From Rebecca billardiae RCC1528 (Eukaryota > Protista > Haptophyta): a stretch of DNA of 64,000 bases. Each line of letters starts with the position of its first letter. Position 1 is the stretch's first letter. Of this stretch, positions 1 to 11,254 are shown one piece after another. A program made the position numbers and the translations under genes. The DNA is taken from contig OZ251231.1 of assembly GCA_965240325.2 (NCBI GenBank), positions 744,001 to 808,000 on the forward strand. The letters run 5' to 3'. The notes beneath the pieces are model-generated. The model was not told the origin of the DNA. It did not search any database and worked only from the letters and a program-made list of their open reading frames with translations.

Positions 1-1084
1 CGTCGAAGTCGGCGAGAACGTAGGGCATGAGCGTGTCCATCCAGATGCACGTGGACACCTCGGGGAGGAGTCGCTTGAAAACGAGGAGCACGAGCTTCGC
101 GCGCCACTGCGTGCGCAGCTCCTGTAGGTGGTGGGTCTGCACGGACCACGCGCCGTGGGCGCCGAGGATCATGCGCGCCGTGACCGTGTCCGCGTGCCGC
201 TGCGCCTCATAGATGAGCTCTGGGGAAGTGCCCGCGCGGTCCGAGGCCTGGCGCATGCTGCCAGGCGTGTCGGCCCGCATCGCCCCGTACCGCAGCAAGA
301 CGCTCACTTCGCTGGGAGACATGGTCCTAAAGCTGTAGAGGGAGTCGCAGAAGAAGCGCTCGCCGCGCTCGTAGAGGAGGCACGTGCACCGCTCGGCGGC
401 CGCCATCTTGGCGGCGGCTCGCGCGAGGCGCACGCCCGCCTGCAGGCGCTCCGCGCGCGCCTCCGCCACGGACACGTTTATCGTTGGACTCTCCAGGAGT
501 TCGAGGGTCGCGTTGAGCCGATCCATCTGGGCCCCGAGTGCGTCCACCCGCTTGCTGAGGCTGGCCCAGAGCTTGAACAGAGTGCGCATCGCATTCGAAC
601 CACCCAGCTGGTTCGTGCGGATGAACTGGCGATCCGCGGCCTCCAAGATCTCCTCGAGAATTGGGACGTGTGCCGCGGCGCACGCCTCCGTGAGGGGCGT
701 GCACACCGAGTCGCTGTACTCGTCGTGCGAATCGTGCAGCAGGGATGCTCCCACCTGTAGCAGTGCTCGGACTACGTCGAGTTGTCCCGCGCGGACGGCG
801 TGCAGGAGCGGTGAGAATCGGCGGCCGTCGTTGGGGTTGGCGCCATTCTCAACGAGGCAGTGCACGATCACCTCGTCCGCGCAATGTGCCGCGACCGCCA
901 GCGGGGTTGAGTCGTCGCACTTGCACCGCGGGCAGGTGAGCCTGCACGAGAGATCCACGCCCTTGCCGCAAAGGCGAGCAACGGCGAGTGTGTCGCGCGC
1001 GAGGATGGCGCGCCTCAGCCGCGCCTCCATGCCCGATGAGCGTGTGGTCGGGGACTCGGGGCTGGTGAGCACCGCAAGCATCAT
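1..1084 (-). CDS. Ankyrin-repeat protein (3' end runs off the window)
   Basis: Manual minus-strand translation from ATG 1084 is open to position 2 (absent from the ORF track). Ankyrin motifs: TPLAVAAHCADEVIVHCLVENGANPN, SPLLHAVRAGQLDVVRALLQVGAS, TPLTEACAAAHVPILEEIL. Confidence 0.8.
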   Translation of the reverse strand, partial: MMLAVLTSPESPTTRSSGMEARLRRAILARDTLAVARLCGKGVDLSCRLTCPRCKCDDSTPLAVAAHCADEVIVHCLVENGANPNDGRRFSPLLHAVRAGQLDVVRALLQVGASLLHDSHDEYSDSVCTPLTEACAAAHVPILEEILEAADRQFIRTNQLGGSNAMRTLFKLWASLSKRVDALGAQMDRLNATLELLESPTINVSVAEARAERLQAGVRLARAAAKMAAAERCTCLLYERGERFFCDSLYSFRTMSPSEVSVLLRYGAMRADTPGSMRQASDRAGTSPELIYEAQRHADTVTARMILGAHGAWSVQTHHLQELRTQWRAKLVLLVFKRLLPEVSTCIWMDTLMPYVLADFD

Positions 1085-1274
1085 TCTGGAATCTGGCGGC
1101 TCTGATTTTCACGCCCGGCCGTTATTACTGAAGGAAAATCCGAAATCGCGCCGCAGCGCCGCACGGCATCACCGATCTGGATCCCGCACGCGCCATTTTT
1201 TTCACGGCTTGCTGATGTTGATTTTTGACGGCGATCAATAAAATCATCAAGGGGAGACGCCGCGTCGCGTCGCC

Positions 1275-1757
1275 ATGCTGCTCGCACGTGTGTTCGGCCA
1301 TGCGGCGCGCGTCGCGCGGCTGCCGATGGCCAGCCATTCATGGCCGGCGTTTGGGACGAGGGCGAGCGATACCGCCCGTATGCTCTCCACTCAGAGCGCT
1401 GTCGCGAACGACGAGCTGCCGCGAGCCTCGCAGTTTGCAGTCATCGAGCTGAGCGGCACGCAGTACAAGGTCACTCCTGGGTGCGTCGTGTGCACGCAGA
1501 AGCTCGACGTGCCCGTCGGATCATTGCATCGCGTGACTCGCGTCCTGCTGGCGGGGACGGCCGACAAAACTGTCATCGGCCAGCCGCAGATCCCCGGGGC
1601 ATCCGTCACGTTGCAAATTGCGGAGCACAACCTAATGGACAAGGTCATCATCTTCAAGAAGAAGCGACGAAAGGGCTACAAGAGGTGGAATGGCCATCGT
1701 CAGCCCGTCACGATCTTCCGAGTGGAGGGGATCTCGGTCCCAGAGCTCGGGACCTGA
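1275..1757 (+). CDS. RPL21: Ribosomal protein bL21, probably mitochondrial
   Basis: bL21 motifs FAVIELSGTQYKVTPG and KVIIFKKKRRKGYKRWNGHRQPVT, plus an Arg/Ala-rich N-terminal presequence. Confidence 0.92.
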   Translation: MLLARVFGHAARVARLPMASHSWPAFGTRASDTARMLSTQSAVANDELPRASQFAVIELSGTQYKVTPGCVVCTQKLDVPVGSLHRVTRVLLAGTADKTVIGQPQIPGASVTLQIAEHNLMDKVIIFKKKRRKGYKRWNGHRQPVTIFRVEGISVPELGT

Positions 1758-2903
1758 CCGCACGGAAATGTACAATCGAAAGCGGGCGACGTCGCCGATC
1801 CTGAAGACCCGGCGCGCGTCGGACCGGTCGTGCCGACGTCCGGGACGCCCGGACACGTGCCGAGACGACTGACGGTGCTGACGCAGCCTGGCTCGCGTAG
1901 TAAACTGTGAACGGCGAAGTCGTCAAATCGTCACTACTGCACTGTTAGTGGCGTGATGCCATCACGCACTATTCAGACTCAATCCTCTGCTTCGATCATC
2001 ACTCCGCAGTTCAGCCCGCGGAGTAGCCGCGCGGCTCAGTTCCTACCGGCTCGCCCGCTCAGAATTTGAGTCATACCGCCAGTTGATGAATAATAATATC
2101 ACGTCAGACCGCGTTTTCGTCGACCGTTCGGTCCGAAGTCTTTTGAGGCAGACGATCGTCAGATTGGCCGATCAACTGACGGTCGCGGACGCGGTCCGCC
2201 CCGGGCGGCCCGGGTCCGCCGACTGAGCCGTGAGCGCAGATCTAGACTGCGTAGACGGTCAGCCAGTCACTAGTCAGTAACTCAGTACAAATTACTTTCA
2301 CGCCGTCAGCGAGTCACTGTCGCGAGTCACCGGCCCGAGTCACCGTACTCAGTCGGTCGTCACTGAGTCACTTGTCAGTGAGACGTAAGCTAGGATCATG
2401 AGTCATTGCGGGACGGCGGCCTGAGACTGTCGCTGAGCGCTGTGGACAGAGTGACTCAGTGTAGTTAGACTGTAGTGCGGTGCGCCGCTGCCAGCCTGAT
2501 GAGCGCAGTGTGAGCCTGAGGCCGGCAGGGCCTAGGCCTAGCCAGGCGGTACGCTAATACGACTGTATACTGCGCCTGCGGCGCCCGCGTTCAGCCCGTG
2601 GCACTGGCAGTGATGGGACCGGTGGCGAGTAGCCTGGCAAGTCGTAGCTAATTAGCGGCTTATTGCTCGATGCTACAGCTAGCCGCTCATTCAATGATTC
2701 ATGAATGATGATGTCTGATGGATCATTCAGGCCAGGCCAGAGGCTCCAGATGGCCTGAAGACCACCAGCAGACCGGGCGGGCGGGCGGCGCGCACGGTGT
2801 CTGGCCACTACAATGCGCCCCGAAGCGTTCGCGCCGTCGCGCTGGGCGGGCGCTACCGTCGCGAGAAGTGCCCACGCCCTCCAGGCTCCGTCTGGCGCAA
2901 CAT

Positions 2904-4298
2904 TCAGTCCGTCGCCGAGCTGCCCGGCGCGCCACCCGTCTCGGGCGTCTGCCCACCGCTGGCTTCACTCGCCGCGAGCAGCACGGCGATCACTGAGGTG
3001 AAGCCGTGCAAGGAGGTCGCGCCCGGTGAGGCCGGCCTTCCGGCGTTAGCATCCCCCGCGACGATGCCCACCGGCCCGATCTCGCCGTTGCAGAAGAACC
3101 CGCCGATGGGCACGCCGCCCGGGAGCGACGCGCCGATGCACTCGCTGTCGTGGTTGGGCACGCCAAACAGGTTGGCGCCGCGCCCCGTGCACGAGAAGAG
3201 CAGCGCGCCGATCGGTGCGCGCGCGTCGCCCACGATCTGGCGCTCGAGGCGGTACCGCTGCAGCTGCGTGTCCAAGTCGGCCTGGGCGGTCTGCCGATCG
3301 CGGATCATGAAGGTGAGCTTGTCGCCCACCTCGACGCTGTCGCCGATGACGATCGCGCCCTCGTTGGTCGCGCCCAGGATGCCGCGCGCGAGCCAGTCGC
3401 GCGCACCGAGCGGCCCGTCGCCAGAGGGCTCGTCGTTCCCGCCGCCCGCGTCCGGCTGCGCGGCGCCGTCCGCCGCCCCCTTCGAGCGCAGGATGCCGCA
3501 GAGGAGCGCCTGCTGCATCAGCTGCCGCTCGCGATCGCTCGCCGCCTCGCCCACGCGCGCGAGAGCCTCTACCGGCCTCATCGCGTCGAGCGCGCTGATG
3601 ATGTTGCCCTGCCCGGCCGTGATGGTGAAGGGTGTGCCGACTGGCGCGCAGCCCTGAGCGACGATCGTGTGCAGGTCGAGCCCGTGGCCGAGGCCGATGA
3701 CGACGCCGGAGCCCACCTCGAGCACCTGCTCGTTGATCGCGAGCGAGGGCAGCCGGCCGCGCGGAGCCGTGAGGCCGCCGCACACGATCCTGCCGAGCCG
3801 GTCCAGCTGCGCGAGCATCTCGGGCGTGTTGCACCACGGGTCGCAGAGGGCGATCATCGACGAGGCGCTCTGCTGGAGGGGCCCGTCCACGAGGCCATCG
3901 AGCGGCGTCGTGGGCAGCACCGGGACCGTCGTCAGGCATGGCGCTCCGTCGAGGGCGGGCAATTCGCCTCGCAGCAGTGAGATGGCGTGCTCAGACTCGA
4001 CCTCGCGAGCGCCGCCGATCACGCCGCCGCCGATCAGGCTTACGAGCGCGCTGCCCGCGCCGAGTGAGAGGGCGTCGTTGGCGGCTTCAACGATCGACTC
4101 GAAATCACCCGGCGACGCGCAGTGCGACCCGTCTATGAACAGGAACGCGAGCTCTGCGCCGCTCACGTCCGCGGGCGCCGTCGCGGCGACAAGCTCGGCA
4201 ATGCCATCCTGCCAGCGCGCGGCCGTGCTCACGCGCGAGGTCCACGGGCGCACGGCCGCGGCGACCAGAGCTGCGCTCACGAGCGCTCCGCAAGGCAT
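2904..4298 (-). CDS. FIST (FIST_N + FIST_C) signal-transduction domain protein
   Basis: Motifs VAQGCAPVG, ALLFSCTGRGANLFGVPNHD, GFFCNGEIGPVG and LHGFTSV. First ATG is at 4298 (the track start is GTG). Confidence 0.88.
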   Translation of the reverse strand: MPCGALVSAALVAAAVRPWTSRVSTAARWQDGIAELVAATAPADVSGAELAFLFIDGSHCASPGDFESIVEAANDALSLGAGSALVSLIGGGVIGGAREVESEHAISLLRGELPALDGAPCLTTVPVLPTTPLDGLVDGPLQQSASSMIALCDPWCNTPEMLAQLDRLGRIVCGGLTAPRGRLPSLAINEQVLEVGSGVVIGLGHGLDLHTIVAQGCAPVGTPFTITAGQGNIISALDAMRPVEALARVGEAASDRERQLMQQALLCGILRSKGAADGAAQPDAGGGNDEPSGDGPLGARDWLARGILGATNEGAIVIGDSVEVGDKLTFMIRDRQTAQADLDTQLQRYRLERQIVGDARAPIGALLFSCTGRGANLFGVPNHDSECIGASLPGGVPIGGFFCNGEIGPVGIVAGDANAGRPASPGATSLHGFTSVIAVLLAASEASGGQTPETGGAPGSSATD

Positions 4299-4472
4299 CT
4301 CGGCCCGCGACGACGGGACGAGCGCTATCACGACGAACGAGTCGCGGGCCGGACGTTCGTCGGGTGAGTAAAATGCGCATCAGAAAGAATATCAGAAGTC
4401 CGGCAGTCTTCAGCTCCGCTCACGAACGACCTGGTGGATCCGGGAGGGCCGTGCGGGCGTGAGCAGCGAGCC

Positions 4473-5021
4473 ATGGCGCGAGCAGCCGGCCTGCTCGGCC
4501 GACGTTGGCTGTCGTATGTTTCGACCGGCTCGGGCCTGCGCACGCGCGAGCTGAAGGCGACTATGCAGACGAGCTGGCGCAACAAGCCTGTTGAGGAGGG
4601 CCAGGCAGTGCGCATCCGGTACGCCCTGCGTCCGATCATTGGTGAGCCCGATGCAGAGGAGGACGCCGGCGAGATCCTCGAGGAAGGTACGAAGCAATTC
4701 AAGGCTGGCAATGGGCGCACCCTCAAGGCGTTTGACGAGGGCGTGGTAGGCATGCGTGTGGGCGATGTCCGTCGCGTGCGCGCCCCGCACACGCACGCCT
4801 ATGCCGAGAAAGGCCATCCGCCGCTCGTGCAGCCGTTTGAGGAAGTCATCTTTGACATCACACTCACAGGAGCGGTGCACCACGTGCACATCGAGGTCCT
4901 CGAAGACCCGGAGGTCTACGCGGACACCGAGCTCATGGCATCCATCGGTGCTGCTGCACGCCGCTGGGCCAAGCAGCTCGGCATCACCGGCTCGGACGAC
5001 GGCTCCAAGAAGGCGCCATGA
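4473..5021 (+). CDS. FKBP-type peptidyl-prolyl isomerase-like protein, likely organellar
   Basis: FKBP core FKAGNGRTLKAFDEGVVGMRVGDVRRVRAPHTHAYAEKG...VIFDITL and a presequence-like N-terminus. Confidence 0.8.
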   Translation: MARAAGLLGRRWLSYVSTGSGLRTRELKATMQTSWRNKPVEEGQAVRIRYALRPIIGEPDAEEDAGEILEEGTKQFKAGNGRTLKAFDEGVVGMRVGDVRRVRAPHTHAYAEKGHPPLVQPFEEVIFDITLTGAVHHVHIEVLEDPEVYADTELMASIGAAARRWAKQLGITGSDDGSKKAP

Positions 5022-5558
5022 TGCGACTCGCTCGCGCGGTCTGTAGGCTGGGCATCGTTGTCATCATCCAGATGACATCAACGTCCGTCGCGCCTTCTGC
5101 GCATGATCAGTGGGATTCATCGGAGCATGGTAGATGTCGGATTCATTGCAGGTGTGGTGCATCGCATCGCCGAGTCACCAGCACTCAGTCGGCGTACTCG
5201 GCGTGCTCATCCGAATGGTGCTGCGCGCGCCGATGGATCGGTGCACAGTGCATCCGACTGTCGTGTCTGTCGTCTGTCATAGTCTGACGACCGGGCCCCC
5301 GCTCCCTGCCGTGCTGTGTCAGTATGCTGACGATGACAGCTCAGCAGCGCGCATGTCGCCTGTGAAGCCTATCTGACACAATATGTATTCGGCCCAGCAC
5401 TGCTTGCGGTGCCAGCTCAGGGGCACTGTCACTGACGATCGGCTGGCTGAGTGGCTCACTCCAAGTCCGACGGCGACACAGTCGTGGACCGCCGAAATGC
5501 CATCATGGCTCGGCGAGCCTTGCTGTCACACTCCGGGGCCGTCGATCGGAGCGTGCTG

Positions 5559-6869
5559 CTACGCAAGCTGCTGCTGCTGCTGGGATTGGCCCAGAGCCGT
5601 CCTGCCGCGCACAGTCATCGATTGCTGCGGCCCGACGTTTGCAGGCGCGGGACGACTCGCATGCGGGCTTGGCTGGCACTGCGCCTGATGGTGCGCCGCA
5701 TGCGCACTGTGGGACGGCATCGCAAGCAGCCCGAAGCCATCCTTCTCAATGGCCTCATACTTTGCGTGGCGAGCCAGGTACACGGAATCGTCGAGCAAAG
5801 CCGACACGTCGGCCGTAGCAAAGCAGTCGGCGTCTTCAGAAGCATAGTTGGACGGGTACGCGCGGCGCCATGAGCGAGGGCGCGCGTGCTTCTTCGCCGG
5901 CGGTGATGGCACCAAGCCAGGCGGCTTTGGATGGCGCGACGGGATCAGCGTGCGGTCGATGATCTCGCCATCAATCGACCACGTTCCTTGCATCTGCGCC
6001 ATGGACGATGCCACGAGCTCGCGGTCCGCTTCGCGCACCGCCGTCTCAAAGAGCGGGATGGAACCGATCCGCTTGAGCACGACTCGGTGCGACCGGTTCT
6101 CTGTGAAGGGCATCAGGCGCGTCATCGGCAGCACGGCGCGCTTGCCGTCACCGAAGAACTCGACCGGGATGTCGCCCTCCGCCGCTCGCGCGTCGGCGTC
6201 CATGCCCGCGTCGTCGAGCGTGAGAACGAGTGCCGGCCAGATGGCTGGCGAGCTCGAGCGCGCCGAGCCAAGGTTGGCAAAGACGAGGTCGTGGCTGTGC
6301 AGCCCGTTCTGGAACGTGAGCACCAGCCCTGCCGTGGAGGTCCCACCGCCCCGACTGAAAGCGCGCTGCGTGAGCGCCTCGGAAGGGGCTGCACCAGCCA
6401 TCGTGTCCCGCACGACTGGCACGGCGTCATGGTGCATGCGCGCCGGGCGAGATGGGCAGCGCGGTGCCGACACAGCTGCATGTGCGTCGGCCTCTTCCAT
6501 CGCGCGCGCGAAGAGCTGCACGTCAAGCATGCGCCTTTGCACGACTGCGTCGTCGCGGTTCGCATGAAACGGGTACAGCCGGCTGCACGGCAGCAGGCTG
6601 CGCGTGTTGTCTCCGAAGAAGTGGAGCTGTGCTTCCGCTGCGCTGTTGATGCGCACAACCTCCGCGGGCCAGATGGCCGTCGAGCTCTGGCGCGCCGTAC
6701 GCGGGTTGGCAAAGACGAGCTCGCCGACGTGCACTGCCGATGCGCCGACGAACGCCGCGAGGGGCATGCTGCGGACGAGGCGGGGCGCGATGACCGTGAC
6801 CTTGTACGCTGCGGCCTGCACCGAGCGGCCGGTGCGGCCGCTGCTGCTGAGGCTGAGGTCACCCGACAT
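5559..6869 (-). CDS. Chromatin protein with two PWWP-like domains and a C-terminal PEHE-like motif
   Basis: Two repeats, IWPAEV...HFFGDNTRSLLPCSRLYPF and IWPALV...EFFGDGKRAVLPMTRLMPF. C-terminal PRSWRR...DDSVYLARHAKYEAIEK. Confidence 0.7.
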   Translation of the reverse strand: MSGDLSLSSSGRTGRSVQAAAYKVTVIAPRLVRSMPLAAFVGASAVHVGELVFANPRTARQSSTAIWPAEVVRINSAAEAQLHFFGDNTRSLLPCSRLYPFHANRDDAVVQRRMLDVQLFARAMEEADAHAAVSAPRCPSRPARMHHDAVPVVRDTMAGAAPSEALTQRAFSRGGGTSTAGLVLTFQNGLHSHDLVFANLGSARSSSPAIWPALVLTLDDAGMDADARAAEGDIPVEFFGDGKRAVLPMTRLMPFTENRSHRVVLKRIGSIPLFETAVREADRELVASSMAQMQGTWSIDGEIIDRTLIPSRHPKPPGLVPSPPAKKHARPRSWRRAYPSNYASEDADCFATADVSALLDDSVYLARHAKYEAIEKDGFGLLAMPSHSAHAAHHQAQCQPSPHASRPAPANVGPQQSMTVRGRTALGQSQQQQQLA

Positions 6870-7103
6870 TCAGCGACCTAGACCGCCCGGACTTTGTCTG
6901 CTACTCGAATTCCGGATGGAGTCCAGTATACCGACCAAGGGCTTGGTACGACTTCGGTTCGATGTTTTTCGGCTCGGCCGAGCGACCGCCAGTCGGACGC
7001 CAGGACGCGTCGATCTCACGGTCGGCGCCGAGCTGTCGCGACGGGGCTCGCGCGTGCCCTCTCCGGCCTCGCCTTCTGGCGCCGGCGCCGCGCCGACCGC
7101 AAG

Positions 7104-9578
7104 ATGGGGGGCGATGACGAGGCTGCCTTCAACCCGCACGACCCGCGCTCCATCCAGCTCGGCCTGCTCAACATGTTCCGCACGGGCAACCACGTGTTCG
7201 ACATGATCATCGCGATGAGCATCCCTATGGCGCTCAAGATCCTCATGGACTCGAGCGGCTGGCTGACGACTCGGCTGAACGAGCTGCTCGAGTACGTGCG
7301 CAGGTCTGACGACAACTTCGAGCGCTTCATCGCGTACGAGGAGCGGCGCACCTCGTGGGGAGCCGTGCTGTCGGGGCGCGACCAGCGCAACAATGTGCTG
7401 CAGAAGGCGATCACGCTGTACATCGACGAGCACTGCACGGCGCAGATGAAGGCTGCGAAATCAGGGAAGGTCGACCTGATGGCCATCAAGTTCGGCGAGG
7501 AGCGCGCGTGGTACGACTCGGACTCCTCCGGCGACGAGGACGACGACGACGCGGCGGCCAACCGGAAGACTGGGCTCGGCGAGCTCAAGAAGTACAAGGT
7601 GTGCTCGTCCGTGCCACCGGGGATGGACTTCGAGCTGGAGAAGGGGCTCTTCTTCAAGATCCACACCTCCGAGGACGACGGCAGCGACAAGAAGAAGAAC
7701 GACAACAGCAGCTACGCGCCCACCAAGAAGGTGATCACGTTCTCGATCCGGTGCCGCGGGCCGAACGCGGTCGAGCGCGTCAACGGCTTCATCGACAAGT
7801 GCTACTCGTGGTACAAGGGGGAGCTCGGGAAGAACGTGGACCTGAGCCGGTACATGTACAATCTCGTCTCGAAGACGACGTCTACGCGCTCGAACGACGA
7901 GGGCGAGGGCGACTCGAACGACAAGGCGTACAAACGGTACAGACTCTCGGACGAGAAGACGTTCGACTCGCTCTTCTTCGCGCAGAAGGACACGCTGATG
8001 CACATCCTGCACAACTTCAAGAACAAGACGGGGCGGTACGCGATCACGGGGTACCCGCACAAGCTCGGCCTGCTGCTGCACGGCCCGCCGGGCACGGGCA
8101 AGACCTCGCTGATCAAGGCGCTCGCGCACCACACGAAGCGCTCGATCGTGAACGTGCCGCTCGCGCGCATCATGACCAACCAGGAGCTGATGGACGTGGT
8201 CTTCGACCAGAAGTACACGGTGAAGGGGGAGGACGTGCCGATCCGGCTCAAGTTCAAGGACTGCGTGTACGTCTTCGAGGACGTCGACGCCGCGTCCAAG
8301 GTCGTGCACCGCCGCGACAAGGGCCCCGACCGCACGGAGAAGACGACAGTCACCGTCACGCACGGCGGCGGCGCGGACGCCGCCGCCGAATCCGCCGCGG
8401 AGAAGGAGGCCCTGGAGCTCGCGCTCAAGGCCTCGGCCGCGGAGAGCGCCTCGGCCGAGCTGGTGGGCAAGGGCACGAGCGCCGGCAGCGGCGACGGCAA
8501 GGCGGCCGGCCCGCTCAAGATGAGCGACTTCATGCTCGCGGGCTTCGACTATCCGGACAAGCTCGACCTCTCGGGTGCGCGGCGCGCGGCGCGCGCGGCG
8601 CGTGTGCCCGCCCGTGCGGCGTCGGTCGCGACGGAGCGATCGGGCGCTCGGGTGGCCGCCGCGCGCGGCAGGGCTCAAACACGGCGCTCCGCGCTCGGCG
8701 CTCGCTGCGCGTGCGCGCGCGCGCGCGCGCGCAGGCCTGCTGAATGTCCTGGACGGCGTGGTGGACACCCCGAACCGGATCCTGGTGATGACGACCAACC
8801 ACCCGGAGAAGCTCGATCCCGCGCTGATCCGGCCGGGCCGCATCGACAAGATCCTCTACCTGGGTGGGTGACGGGCGGGCGCTGCTCGGCGGCGCCCTGG
8901 CACCCTGCGTGCGTGCGACACGGCAGCTCACGCGCTGCGCGCCCCAGCGCGCGCCCCGGCCGCCCCGCAGGCTACATGCGCTCGCCCGAGGCTGCGAAAA
9001 TGATCTGCCACTACTTCCAACTGCCGGACCTCGAGATCCCGCAGAAATCGCGCCTCGCGCAGCTGCTCGATGGCACCCTGACGAGCCCGAGCCCACGCGC
9101 TGCCGCCGACGGCGCGCCCCCCGCCGCGCGGATGCAGACATCCACGCTCACGCGGCTTGACCTCACGCCCGCCCAGGTCGAGCAGCTGTGCGCCGAGCAC
9201 GACACCATAGACGCCCTGCTCGAGGCGATGCACAAGCGGAAGAGCGGCAGCGATCCGACGCACAACAACCCGATCGCCGCGCACACGCCATCGGCCGCGC
9301 CGAGGCCGGCGTCGCGCACCGGCAGCTCCAAGTTCCCGCTGGGGCAGCTGTTTGTGAACACCACCGGTGGCGAGGGGCAGGTGCTCGGCTCGCGCCGAGG
9401 TTCGGCTGGGTCGGGCACGGGGCATCACGGCACGAGCACCACCGTCACGGTCACGCGCGAGTACGGCGATAGCGCCTCGGCGGCGTCCCGGCTGGTCTCG
9501 TCCGGCCGGGCGCTGAGCGAGGGCGACGAGGACGGCGAGTCGACGCTGCACTGCTTGCAGGACGACAACGTGCAGTGA
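7104..9578 (+). CDS. BCS1-like AAA+ ATPase; exons 7104-8574, 8735-8863, 8971-9578
   Basis: Walker [10 protein letters not shown] and Walker B VFEDVD. Splicing GT-AG introns 8575-8734 and 8864-8970 restores [12 protein letters not shown]...[28 protein letters not shown]. Confidence 0.88.
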   Translation: MGGDDEAAFNPHDPRSIQLGLLNMFRTGNHVFDMIIAMSIPMALKILMDSSGWLTTRLNELLEYVRRSDDNFERFIAYEERRTSWGAVLSGRDQRNNVLQKAITLYIDEHCTAQMKAAKSGKVDLMAIKFGEERAWYDSDSSGDEDDDDAAANRKTGLGELKKYKVCSSVPPGMDFELEKGLFFKIHTSEDDGSDKKKNDNSSYAPTKKVITFSIRCRGPNAVERVNGFIDKCYSWYKGELGKNVDLSRYMYNLVSKTTSTRSNDEGEGDSNDKAYKRYRLSDEKTFDSLFFAQKDTLMHILHNFKNKTGRYAITGYPHKLGLLLHGPPGTGKTSLIKALAHHTKRSIVNVPLARIMTNQELMDVVFDQKYTVKGEDVPIRLKFKDCVYVFEDVDAASKVVHRRDKGPDRTEKTTVTVTHGGGADAAAESAAEKEALELALKASAAESASAELVGKGTSAGSGDGKAAGPLKMSDFMLAGFDYPDKLDLSGARRAARAARVPARAASVATERSGARVAAARGRAQTRRSALGARCACARARARRPAECPGRRGGHPEPDPGDDDQPPGEARSRADPAGPHRQDPLPGWVTGGRCSAAPWHPACVRHGSSRAARPSARPGRPAGYMRSPEAAKMICHYFQLPDLEIPQKSRLAQLLDGTLTSPSPRAAADGAPPAARMQTSTLTRLDLTPAQVEQLCAEHDTIDALLEAMHKRKSGSDPTHNNPIAAHTPSAAPRPASRTGSSKFPLGQLFVNTTGGEGQVLGSRRGSAGSGTGHHGTSTTVTVTREYGDSASAASRLVSSGRALSEGDEDGESTLHCLQDDNVQ

Positions 9579-9645
9579 CGAGGTCGATTATTCGCCATCA
9601 ATATGTCGACGCGCGTCCGCGCGGCCCGTGCGTGCCCGTGGACTA

Positions 9646-10110
9646 GTGGGGTCAGAGCTCCGACCGTTACACTCCCGAGTGACACAATCTCCCGAAATCT
9701 CGAAATATGAAATATCTCCTCGGTTTGTAACTGTTTGAGTCCGTTTAAGTTCGTTTCATCATTCATGGCTTAATTCCAGGGTGGCAGTAGAATTCGCCTG
9801 TGCCAATTTCAGATACTGCCAAAATGCATATATATGTGATCTAGACGGTGCGATTCTGGTGCAAATAGCGAGATCACCTTGGAGATCCGGTGTATCTCCC
9901 CTACTAATGTTGCCGAGATCGCGTCGAGATTGAGGTCGTATATCTCCAGTAGGTGACATTTTTTCGCAAAACTTGTCACTGTCAGCGTGACCCCGGGTCA
10001 TTTCAGGCGAATATTGGCAATGGCATCCCGAATTTTTGAGAGCCTCATCTCTGAAGACGACAGGAAGTTGGATTTGGGCCACGCACCCCCCAGTGGGGCT
10101 CTGACCCCTC
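9646..10110. mobile_element. MITE with ~16-bp TIRs and TA flanks (Tc1/mariner-like)
   Basis: TA|GTGGGGTCAGAGCTCC ... GGGGCTCTGACCCCTC|TA (14/16 inverted match) around an AT-rich non-coding interior. Confidence 0.65.
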
Positions 10111-10398
10111 TACCGCGCTTGGCCTTGCGGGCGGACCGGATGACGTCGATTGACGCCAGACTAGTAGCATTCATGACCGGGCCGCACAGCGGGCCTCTCG
10201 CGAGCAGGGTTAGGCCGGCCGCCTAAGATACTAGGGCCGTAATTTACGAAGAGTACGGCGCCGCGGGCTTCGCGGAACGGCCACGGGCGTACGGCCTGCC
10301 TGGCGGCCGGCTGATTCCGTATTCATATTGCCCGATTGGGCCGGACGATGACGCCATTACGGACATAAAAAGCCAAAGACGTCCACGAGTGATGGCCC

Positions 10399-11012
10399 CT
10401 AGGCATTCCACTGCGCCTTCTCAGCCTCGGGGAGTGCACGCCACATCTCTCCGAGTGCCTTGCCAATCTGCCCAAAGGTGATGCCCGGGTTCTCCTCCTT
10501 GATCTTCTCGCGCTTGTCACCTTGGAAAACTTCATGAAGCCCGAGAGCTTCTTCCCTCCGGTGGCCGACCCGTTGACTCCCAGCGGTGCCGCGCGGGCTC
10601 CTGCAGCAGACGGGGCCTTGCCCGTCGGCGGCACCTGCGCGTAGCTCGGCGGCAGAGCAGCTTGAGCCTTCTTGGAGATTGTCACGTCAATCCAATATAC
10701 GTCACCTTTGCGCGTCTCGCGGTGCGCCTGCTTCTCCTCCAGAGTCGCCTTGCGCCGCCGAGCGGCACAGCCGTCGTACGTCTTCACAAACTTGCTGAAC
10801 GTCGTCCAACACGCGCTCGTCAAATGGACGTTCGGGGGGATCAGGCCAGCGATCGTCATCACCTCGTTCGTCCCGAAGTCGGTGTCACGCAGCGCATCGC
10901 GGAACATGCTCTTCGCCTGGTTCTCGCGGCGCTCAGCGGCATCGCTCTTCTCACGGTAGCGGCCGTAGTTGCCACCGTCGCAGTCATCGTCGTAGAACAT
11001 CATTCCCCACAT
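10399..11012 (-). pseudogene. HMG-box protein gene with a 2-nt frameshift (pseudogene or assembly error)
   Basis: ORF from ATG 11012 reads ...KKLSGFMKFSK. After an extra GT at 10519-10520, another frame gives DKREKIKEENPGITFGQIGKALGEMWRALPEAEKAQWNA*, completing an HMG box. Confidence 0.72.
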
Positions 11013-11254
11013 GCTTGAGCGGAAAAGAGGGGGCTCGCGACGACGGCGTGGGCGTCCTGGCCGGTGCGGCTTTTGAAAGATCGCCCGCTCTGCGCGCAGC
11101 CTGGCGGGTTGACCTGACCAACCGCCGAGCAACCCTGGTGTGGATCCGGATGGGCAACCGGCGGGACCGACATTCGCTCAGCGCCGCTACTGTACAGCAC
11201 GAACGCGACGGCCGGGCGCGGGGCCGAGCAGTCGTACTTCGCACGCCAACGCTC

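Noticed and set aside
9072-9137. Possible third (GC-AG) intron in the AAA gene
   Set aside because: The frame is already open and there is no GT donor, so it cannot be supported without transcripts.
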